A stretch of 64,000 nucleotides of DNA. Origin: Marsupella aquatica. Taxonomy: Eukaryota > Plantae > Marchantiophyta. Shown here in pieces: positions 27,975-37,191 of the stretch. The number at the start of each line of letters is the position of its first letter. Within the stretch, counting starts at the first letter, position 1. Under the pieces are notes generated by a model that was not told the DNA's origin, made no database searches, and saw only the letters and a list, made by a program, of their open reading frames with translations. The translations under genes were made by a program, and so were the position numbers. Where the stretch lies: assembly GCA_973895155.1 (NCBI GenBank), contig OZ316893.1:8555739-8619738 (forward strand), given 5' to 3'.

Positions 27975-30900
27975 TGGGTTTGTTCCACCGGCCTCCTCGT
28001 CCACATCTGTTCCACCCCCACCTCCTGTCCAGTCTTTCCCTGCTCCCTCCCCGGACGAGCGTCCCCTGCATACTTGTCCTGACTGTGGATGGGTTGGCAT
28101 CTCCCTCCCTCATCATCGCGGGCGGGGCCGGTGCCATCGTCGCCAGCAAGCACAATCCCAGCCTCAGCCCCCTATTGACCCGGTTAGCTCTGCCCCTCCC
28201 TCCTTGGAGGCTCCCGAGCAGGCATGGAGTTGGGTTCGCACTCTAGACCCCCTTCCAGCCTACCATCCAGGGTACATTAGACCTCGCCTTTATAACCACA
28301 TTCCTCTGGCGCTGCGCCCTATAGTTCGGTCCTCCTTGTTGCAACTCATGCAGCTTATCTTGGCGCATCCTATGGAGGTCTCATATTGGTCTTTACTGAT
28401 GCTTTTTCCACAGTGGACTCTTACCCTCCCTAGTCATGGTGGTCGTGTGGGTCACCGTGAGACTGCCTCTCGTATCCATCGTTTTTTACGGGGAGATTGG
28501 GAGCAGCTTCAGGAAGAGTACTTTCTTCGCGCCCGGTCTTTTACCGCCCGTGCTTTGTCTGACCCAGCTCGCCACTCTCATCCCCTTGAGCATAGACGTC
28601 TTCGTCGCTCTTGTCGTTTAGCCCAGGCTGGTGAATATCGTCGGGCTGTCCAGGCCCTTTCTCCCACCACACCAGCCCCCCCTGGCGAGGTCACCTCGTT
28701 GGCCCTTCAGGATCTCCATCCGCAGCCCCATGATCAGCTCCCTTTGTTTGTCGAGGATTTTGAGCCTGAGGAGGATCTTCAGTTTAGTAGGGACCACTTC
28801 ACCTATGCCTTCCTCCATGCCCCGCGTTGTTCTGCTGGTGGCCCCTCCGGCTATGTCTTTGAGCATTTTCGTGATTTATTCCCCCCTGAGGATCCTCAGT
28901 TTGGTTTTCCAGTTTTCTTCTCCTTTTGCCAGTGTATTGCAGCCGGTCGTTTGCCTCCTCCCGTCTCTCGGCTCTTGAGTGCTTCTCGTTTATTGGCCAT
29001 GGCTAAGTCTTCGCCGGGTGTTCGGCCAATTGCTATTGGGGAGGTTTTTCTTCGTCTTGTGTCTCGCACACTTTCCTCACAGTTTCGCTCTGCACTATCG
29101 GATCATCTCTCTCCACATCAGTTTGCAGTTGGCGTTCCTGGCGGTTGTGAGACGGTTATTGCGGGTATTCGAGCTACATTGGACCTCCACCCTGATTGGG
29201 TTGTCCTCCAGGTTGATGTCTCTAACGCTTTTAATACGGTTTCTCGGGCAGCCATTTTTCGTGCTTTGAGGGCGGCAGATCCAGACATCCAGTCCCTTAT
29301 CCCCTTTGTCCGTTGTTTTTATGGACTCGAGGCCCCACTCTTCTATAGTCATCACTCCTCTACAGGTGTGTATACCACTCTTTCCTCTACAGAAGGTACA
29401 CGTCAGGGTGACCCTTTGGGTGGGCCTCTTTTTGCCATTGCCCATTTTATAGCTTTACGGGAAGTTGCCATGGCCCACCCCCAGTGTATCTTCCCCTCCC
29501 TTTCAGATGACACCCACATTATTGGTCCTCCTGCCGCGGTTACTTCTGCCCTCGCCACTCTTTCCACCCATTTGATGGGCCTCGGTTTACGAGTTCAGCC
29601 TGTGAAGAGTCGTGCATGGAGTCCAGCTGGGTTACCCTCTGATCTTGTGCTTCCCCCAGGGTTCTTACGTCCAGCCGATGGTCTTCGGGTCCTTGGCTCC
29701 CCAGTCGGTACCGCCTCCTTTTGCTCATCTTTCATCGCTGACTCTATACAGGCTGCCTTAGCCCATACTCCTATGCTCCCTAAGTTAGCAGATTCTCAGG
29801 CAGCATTTGGGATGTTGTTGAGGTGCATCCACCCTCGTGCGTCTTATCTGGCTAGGACGCATCCCCCTACCGAGGATCTTTGTCTCCACCTTCGAGCATT
29901 TGATGTCTCCATTCGTCAGACCCTGGCCTCTCTTTTAGGTCCGGGTACGTTGCTCTCATCTCCGTGGCTTCATCGACAACTCAGTCTTCCTATTTCGCAG
30001 GGTGGTTTTGGGCTTACTTCCATTGAGAGCCTTGCACCTTTGGCCTTTTTGGGTGCATGGGCAGCCGCCTTCTCGTTGTTGGCCGATCGTTTTCTTATTG
30101 AGGATCGCCCTTTTTTACTTTCATCTCTCATGGAGGTAGAGGAGGGTTCCCTCCCGTTTCAGGTTCATTTGCGCGCAGCGCGGTCCTCATTACCAGATCC
30201 CGTTCGCGCCGCGTTACCTTCTTTCCAGGAGTTTTTATCCTTGGATCCCGTTCGTCTTCAGGCAGACCTCGCTGGGCGTATGCACACTTTCACCCTTTCC
30301 AGCATCCTCTCCGAGGCACCTGACACGGACCGAGCTCGGATTCTTTCTTCCGGAGGGAAGGGCGCAGGTGGATGGCTTCAGGCCAATCCAGTCATTCCTC
30401 ATTTGCAGATGTCTTCAACGGAGTTCTCCACAGCCATGCGTCTTCGTCTGGGGCTGCCCCACCCACTTCTTGCAGGTTTACCTCTTTCTTGCACTTGTGG
30501 GAAGCCTTGTGATGCCACAGGTGTCCATCTTCTTCGGTGCAGTTTGGGAGGTGAAACCATTATTGTTCACGACGCTGTGCGAGATGCGACTGCTCAGGTT
30601 CTCTCTGGCTCTTTGGTATGCGTGCGGCGGGAGGTGGTACTCGAGTTACCTGGTCCTCCATCACAGCGGTTACGGGTGGATCTTACCATGGTCCGTGAGG
30701 GTCAACGTACTTTGGCAGATGTTGTGGTGGCAAACCCATTGCGCCAAGACATCATTGGGACAGCGGCAACTACGGCAGGGGCAGCAGCGTCACGTGCGGC
30801 AACAACGAAGGAGGCCAAATATGCTGCACGAGCTTCATCCGACAGCTTCCTCCCCCTTGCTGTGGAGCTATTTGGGCGTCTTCATCCTCAGTTTGATGGG

Positions 30901-31390
30901 CTTCTTCGGCAAGCTGCCCGGGATGTTCATGGCCGAATGGGTCCCACCGGACCCCCGCTTTCTATTTTGACCACGCACTTTCGCCAACGCATTTCAGTCA
31001 CCTTACAGCGTGCTCAAGCTCGGGCCATCTATCGTCGATCTCTTACAGTGGGTGCTAGTGTGCCTCCGTAGCGGCTAGCTCCCCTTGAGGATGTTCCAAT
31101 CCCACTTGCCGATCTAGTTTTGACTCTTGATGTGGACCATTAGCTTTTTGCCACAATCGGTAGGAATGATGAGGACCTCGGTCCGCTTGGGTTAGTTTTA
31201 GTCTCTCTCTCTTTCTTGGTTTTTAGGGGTTCCCTATTGTTCATTTCTTACTTTTAGTTCCTCTTTCTTGGTGTTTAGTGGTTCCCTTTTGCTCACTTCT
31301 TTTTCGATTGGTTTTGTCCACTTGGGCCCTCTTTTGTTTGTTCATTTGTACTCTGTTTGGTCCCTTTGTATATAAAAAGTGTGTATATAT
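27975..31390 (+). mobile_element. CRE-like (RLE-type) non-LTR retrotransposon, 5'-truncated
   Basis: One ORF with zinc finger, RT, CCHC-like finger and restriction-like endonuclease, followed by a T-rich 3' UTR. The 3' end is defined by alignment with the second copy at 34782-34914. The 5' boundary is approximate, taken from the composition shift. Confidence 0.88.
28204..31071 (+). CDS. Reverse transcriptase / restriction-like endonuclease polyprotein of the CRE-like element
   Basis: 955-aa ORF starting at TTG; the frame is open back to 27940 and includes CPDC..H..C. RT motifs: SAGGPSG, VRPIAIGEVFLRL, QFAVGVPGG, VDVSNAFN, GTRQGDPLG, SLSDDTHI, GLRVLGSPVG, LPISQGGFGL. Finger: CTC..HLLRC..HDAVRD. 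RLE: RVDL..ADVVV..KEAKY..FLPLAVELFG. Confidence 0.92.
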   Translation: MEAPEQAWSWVRTLDPLPAYHPGYIRPRLYNHIPLALRPIVRSSLLQLMQLILAHPMEVSYWSLLMLFPQWTLTLPSHGGRVGHRETASRIHRFLRGDWEQLQEEYFLRARSFTARALSDPARHSHPLEHRRLRRSCRLAQAGEYRRAVQALSPTTPAPPGEVTSLALQDLHPQPHDQLPLFVEDFEPEEDLQFSRDHFTYAFLHAPRCSAGGPSGYVFEHFRDLFPPEDPQFGFPVFFSFCQCIAAGRLPPPVSRLLSASRLLAMAKSSPGVRPIAIGEVFLRLVSRTLSSQFRSALSDHLSPHQFAVGVPGGCETVIAGIRATLDLHPDWVVLQVDVSNAFNTVSRAAIFRALRAADPDIQSLIPFVRCFYGLEAPLFYSHHSSTGVYTTLSSTEGTRQGDPLGGPLFAIAHFIALREVAMAHPQCIFPSLSDDTHIIGPPAAVTSALATLSTHLMGLGLRVQPVKSRAWSPAGLPSDLVLPPGFLRPADGLRVLGSPVGTASFCSSFIADSIQAALAHTPMLPKLADSQAAFGMLLRCIHPRASYLARTHPPTEDLCLHLRAFDVSIRQTLASLLGPGTLLSSPWLHRQLSLPISQGGFGLTSIESLAPLAFLGAWAAAFSLLADRFLIEDRPFLLSSLMEVEEGSLPFQVHLRAARSSLPDPVRAALPSFQEFLSLDPVRLQADLAGRMHTFTLSSILSEAPDTDRARILSSGGKGAGGWLQANPVIPHLQMSSTEFSTAMRLRLGLPHPLLAGLPLSCTCGKPCDATGVHLLRCSLGGETIIVHDAVRDATAQVLSGSLVCVRREVVLELPGPPSQRLRVDLTMVREGQRTLADVVVANPLRQDIIGTAATTAGAAASRAATTKEAKYAARASSDSFLPLAVELFGRLHPQFDGLLRQAARDVHGRMGPTGPPLSILTTHFRQRISVTLQRAQARAIYRRSLTVGASVPP

Positions 31391-34300
31391 TTTTGAGTTT
31401 GTGCTAGTGATTGAAAGTAGCAAAAAGTAAGTAAGGATATTCTCTCTTAACTCAGTTTAAATAAAGAAATCTATACCATAATATGTGATCAAAGTCTATA
31501 TTTATGACCTACCCTACAGAGTGAAGCTAGGCCATAACCTGCCATAACCTCTCGTAACAGTTATTTCCCTTTTTTTAGATTATCCTTGGGAGTAGGGTCC
31601 ACAGAGTCCATAGGTCATAACCTGCCATAACCTCTCTAGTAATACAAATTTTCAAATTTAGATAATACTTGTGAGTAAGCATGGGCATGGGTTTAGGTTT
31701 TAAGAGTGAACTTATAGGCCATGACCTCTCTGGTAACATAAATTTTCATATTTAGTAATCCTTGTGAATAGGGATGGGCATTGGAGATGGGTTTACTGGA
31801 ATTACCTACATAACTGTCATCTTTTTCTTGCATTGATTCATTCATTGCCACCATTTTTTCCCCATTTATCAAATTGCCACTGTTTTCGTCTGTGGGTCAA
31901 TAAAAGTAACCCAGGTATCTCCCTTGGAATCCAACCCATTTTATATTAGTTTCAGTATTAATTTGTATACATGTTCCCATTGTCATGTGACAACTCACTA
32001 TTGGCTAGTCTTAATCTGTCAGAACCCCCCTTGGCCCCTCCTTGTTTCATGGCACGGTTGCAGGTTTGGGAGGGGCAAAAATAAGTTTTTGCTCCACATT
32101 CCCCTCACAGAACCTCCACACTTTCAGCCCTCATTTTTACTCAGGATTGTAATGGGAAAGGGGCAGAGGGGGCTGGTGGATGGTTAAGGCTAGCCAATAA
32201 TGACTTATCACATGAAAACAAGAACCCATGTACAAGTTAATATTGACCCGAATACAATACAAATTATGATATAGGTTAATAATTAATTTTATTTAGGGGA
32301 CACTTCAATAATATCAGTTTATTTGCGGGACCGGTTAATAAAAAGTTGTACCCATGAAACCTAAACAAAGGATAGACCTAAAGGCCAAAAAAGCGTTTGG
32401 CAACTTTTGATAAGGCCCGGAATAAGAGGGCCAGAGGGCGGCGCCTTCGTGGAAATTCTCGGACAGTTCTTCTCCACCACGCTTTCCCCTGAGCGTACTT
32501 ATCAGGTACAGACCTTACACGCCGCAACTTCCTGTATTACATGTCGTGCGTACTGCGGTACGGGAATTATATGTACACGTTGCGTTCCTTACACCCCTGT
32601 CCGGCACTTACTAGCCACGTAAGGCGTTTGGAATTCTACGCCTTGCAGTCTACCGTAGTACACTTTGCTTCAGAAGGCAGCGGCGGCAAGTTTCTACTGT
32701 TCCTGACTTTCTGGTTACCCGCATAGTAAATTAGGTCTTGACAGGACTGCACACTGACACTTACCCTGAAACGGAATCTTCTGGACCATGGTTAAGTCCT
32801 AAGTTTATGACGGTCCATCTTTTTCGTTTGTCTCTTCTGTTTGGAATGTCGATTATTAATTTATTGTCCATCGGATTCGTCCATGAAATACCAGATTTGG
32901 ACCGCGGTGGGCATCTGACCGTCGAAGAATATTGCAGGTTTGAGCCGTTCGAGGCCTGCGTCACCCCTAGTTTTCATTTAGTGGGTTGCATGAGTTAACC
33001 TGCCCCCTTCAATTCTCGCCAAAATTGATTTGGAAATTGTAATACGCCAAAAAAAAAAGGTCTTTATTGCGTGGACCACCCTTGCCCATACTCAAAAACT
33101 TTATGGATCCAAAGTCACCATAATCTAAATACTACACTATTGAATCCTACCCCTTCTTTCTCATGGTTTGTTTATCAAATGTCACAATCCTTTTTTCTCA
33201 TGGTTTGGTTTTCAAATGTCATTGTGATGAGAAGCCACCTTGGCTGTTGATAAAGTGACCTTTTTCCCTAACCAAAAAATGGGCCTAAAGGTGTACACTG
33301 TTCTCATGCACAACCTGACACTCTCTCCCAGCTTACACACTCTTTGAAATTCAGTTTCTAGGCTGCCTTGCCAATGCACTGTCCAACTAGCTGACCATAT
33401 CACTTATGCTCAACAACACTTCCATTCAACATCACTTACTATCTACAATAGTGTGTAACCCATTGCAGTAATTAGTAACAAATGTTAGTCACAAAGTAGA
33501 AAAGTGAGTATCTAGTCCTACAACAACTTTGGGGACAATGGCAGGTTAAGTGCCTAATTTCACCCATTGTCTGTATAGCAAGCATTTTCCCTCCAGTGTG
33601 ACCCTTGCCAAACCCCACAAGTCCAAAGCGAGCATGAAAAATATCAGCTTAAAGTAGCTTCGTTTTTTGTATCAGGATGGGGGACAAAGCATAATAACTC
33701 TATCCAAACAGTGAAAATTGCTCTGCTTGAAACTTAGATTTCTCCCTTATTAAATTACCAGACAATGAGAATAATGATACATCAGTCTGTCATAACAATG
33801 CAAAGTTGGTGGGAGACGTGTGCCAGTGTTTACTGATATAGGTATGACTATTTTACATTCTACAAAGATGTCTGACGATGGAGTTGGAAACGTGCAAACA
33901 TTGGGAAAATTGAGAGATAGGACTGACAAATTCATGACGTGAAGAAGACATTTATCCAATTATTGCAGACCTCGAACCCAAGTGTGTTCGCATGTAAGCT
34001 TTGGTCTCGTGCTTGGAGAGGACTATTCTGTCCGTGACGCCAACTTGCACGTCATTTCCTGGAGGGGAGCAAACGTAGGACCAAGGGTCTTGCCCTGTCG
34101 GAGGGAAGGACTGTGGACCGTCAACTGCACAGTAGCACACGTTGCTATTCCCTGGGAATTCGTGGAGCAGAGTCTTGACGACTATAGTTACTTCATGCGG
34201 CATTTCCTGGAAGTTGGAAGGAGGTACTAAAATGCTGCCAAACAGCTCCCAAACAACGGAAGAGATATCCTGTCTTAGTACTTTGAATGCATTTATTAGC

Positions 34301-34781
34301 TTTTTATTTTCCTGTCCTCCAAACTGAAAGGTATTCTTGGATGTACCACTCCCGTGAACCTTGCAACCCAGATGCACAGGGACCAGGATACTGTTGTCCA
34401 GAAAAGTATGAATGTTTTACGCAGGAAAAGTGCTATCTGAGTAGAAAATAGGTTTGTTTTTTTCTCAAGGAAAATTATTATTTTTTCGCAGTTGGTCTGG
34501 CTAAGCTAGTCAAACCCATAGGGTCCATTGGGGCTCCAGTTCCCTCCCAAACTAAGTCAAAATTATTTACTTTCAAAACTACTTTAACTATCAGGTTGCC
34601 CCCCCCATTTCTTATTTCAGTTTGCTGAACTGGACTAGACTAACCTAAGATAACAAATGGTCTGTCTGGGACAGGTGGAGTGTCATAATCTGTTGTAGTT
34701 GACCCTTTCTAAGCTGAAACAATATTTTTCCTCCCCTGCAAACCACGAGAAAAGATTGTCATTCAGATTCCCAACTGAAAA

Positions 34782-34914
34782 TTAAATATACACACTTTTT
34801 ATATACAAAGGGACCAAACAGAGTACAAATGAACAAACAAAAGAGAGCCCATGTGGACAAAACCAATCGAAAAAGAAGTGAGCAAAAGGGAACCACTAAA
34901 CACCAAGAAAGAGG
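34782..34914 (-). mobile_element. 133-bp 5'-truncated copy of the CRE-like element 3' end, with 9-bp TSD
   Basis: Reverse complement of ~31260-31388 with two mismatches seen. Flanked by direct repeats AACTGAAAA at 34773-34781 and 34915-34923. Confidence 0.92.
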
Positions 34915-36839
34915 AACTGAAAAGCATCATGGTCCCATCACAAGCAAGATGACCTAAATCAGCTAATTGCTACAGTACATCGATCCCTATTGCCAAATGA
35001 TTGGCTCAGCTCGTTGATACTGCATTGTATACTCCCTCTATATTGCAAAAGATTTTACTTCTAAATGGCTACACCACCAAGCAAGCCCTCAAATTTTCAA
35101 CTCCTGCTGCAATGGAGCAACTAGCCCTGACAATTTCCTCCCGCCCTGATCGTGCTTTCCAAAACCTCTCTCCCGCGAACCCTCCTGCAATCCCTTTAGA
35201 GCATTTCAGCATGGCCTCCCTTCATCTCTGGCAACAGGCAGCCTCCCAAAGGCCCTTTGGCAACCAGGCCTCCAGGGATTACAATAGCCAATCTGGCCAC
35301 ATCACGAAATCTCATTCACACTGGCAGTTTTATTTTAAAAGAAAAAAAAGGAAAAAAGGAAAAAAAAACTTGTTAGTTCAATTTGCCTGTAATTGTTTTC
35401 TTGTTTTTCAAATATTGACTATTTATAGAAGTAACCCAAATAACCAGTGCACTGTACCCAGACCTCCATACCCATCCTACTCATAAGCATTGTCTAATTC
35501 TAAAAACAATTGTTACCGGGTAGATTATGGCCTATGGTTTCACTCCATGGATAGATAGATCATGAAATATACCTCGAATAACCGTTGATTCCTCTATCGT
35601 ATCCCCCAAACTGGCTGTCAACTGTTTGACTACTGTAGTTTACTTCACTGAATTACTTTCGTGGCAGCCAATAATTTTGACTAGTTTGGGGAGAAGAAAA
35701 TATAAAAACTAGAACAGCAGTTGGGATAACAATGTAACCAACACACACCGACAGAACGTATCCAATTCTGGAATTGTTGGTAATTAAATAACTCTGTCGT
35801 CACTGCGTAGTGCGGAAGCATTGCAATATCGTGGAGAAAGAATGCCGGTGCTCCGTCTTGACCGTCGATGCTTCCTATCCAAGGTTAGATAAAGTCACAG
35901 ATGTCTTCAATTTTTATCAGTGCCCGTGCCATCCCAGCCCTGCCCCGGGCGTGCTTTGACTCGGCCTTGACCAAACCGTAGGAGGAGGACCTTTGCGGCT
36001 TTGCTGTACTCTCCCTTACCCGCACGGTCAGTCAGGCAGCTGCCCGAATGCCCGCCAATGAAACCCCAATTGGATTATTTTACTGCTCGGTCCGGTTACC
36101 TGCCTCAAGAACAATAACAAACCTTTTTTCTAAGTATGTCACCCCATTTGAACAAAATGATTAAGTTTCCCCTAAACTAATTTTATTAGTATATATAGCC
36201 CCCTTGCTAGGAATCTGATCGCCATAAATCAGTTAAGTATTTTGAATTTTTGCTTAGATTAGTAGTGAGTTCATCTTCTAATTAGATTAGTTTTGGGGCA
36301 GCTGGATGAGGAAAACAGAAATAACAAAGCTTTTTAATCTTGCCACCGGCAGCTTGAGGGTGCACAAAGGTTTCTTCTTGTGTCAAAGCTGCCCTAGATT
36401 TTTCATCTCCCTTAAAGTAATTGACATTTTTTGGTCAAATCGCTCGTCAAATTGGGAAGGTTTTCTGTCTTCCATTAGCCAATTCTCACAGACACACAAT
36501 CTATTGGTTTGCTTTAACTCTAGCAAGATGCGACAACACAAAATTGCGCTAGAAAATTGCATAAGGAAAACTATTTCTAACATGATGGTCCCCCATCAAA
36601 ATGACCTTCCTGATTTTCCCATTTGTATTTTGCAGACCTCTTTAAGAAGATTCTCTTCTACTTTTAGTAAAGTTAGTAAAAACAATTTCTCTCAGGTCTT
36701 TAAGTGTATTAAGGTCCTGTTTTCAGAGTAGTATGGGCAATAATAGTCCCATAAAACCTGATCTGAAGCACTCATTTTTCAGGGGCATTAAACCACATGA
36801 TGCTCTCTAAAGCAAGTGTAAGACAGGACATTGCTGGGG

Positions 36840-37191
36840 TGTCTCAAATCTGAAGGTCTGTAAAAAGATCCCAAGCGTGAAGTGTGAGTTACAAACATCA
36901 GTCCCAAGCGATGGGACAGGTTCTTGTGAGTATGTCACTTAGTTTCACTTCCGGGAAAAAACTTGTATGGCCATGACTAGAGCCAGAACAGGAAGATTTG
37001 AGACAATCTACGAGGGGGTCTCAACCCTAGTAGGCGGTCTTAAATATCTGGGTTTTGGCTCTGGTCACAATCACACGTGTTCCCCCAAGTAAAATGGTGG
37101 TCTCACAAAAGGTTCTCCTGCATTGTGACTACAGTTAAAAACTCATACTTTCAGGCTGGGGATCTTTCTTCTTCCCATCAGGATTGAGATC
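36840..37191. mobile_element. Degenerate palindromic (foldback/MITE-like) element
   Basis: Outer arms gtctcaaatctga..aaagatccca.gcgtgaagtgtgagtt / aactcatactttcaggctggggatcttt..tcaggattgaga. Inner arms atgactagagccagaac..atttgagac / gtcttaaat..gttttggctctggtcac, centred near 37020. Confidence 0.65.

Noticed and set aside
32340-33050. CpG-rich patch as a defined element or gene
   Set aside because: Probably TE-derived, but no termini, TSD or coding motif could be identified.
31251-34923. Terminal inverted repeats of a 3.7-kb DNA transposon or DIRS-like element
   Set aside because: The right-hand copy has its own 9-bp TSD and matches the retroelement 3' UTR, so it is an independent truncated insertion. 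No tyrosine recombinase or RNase H is present.
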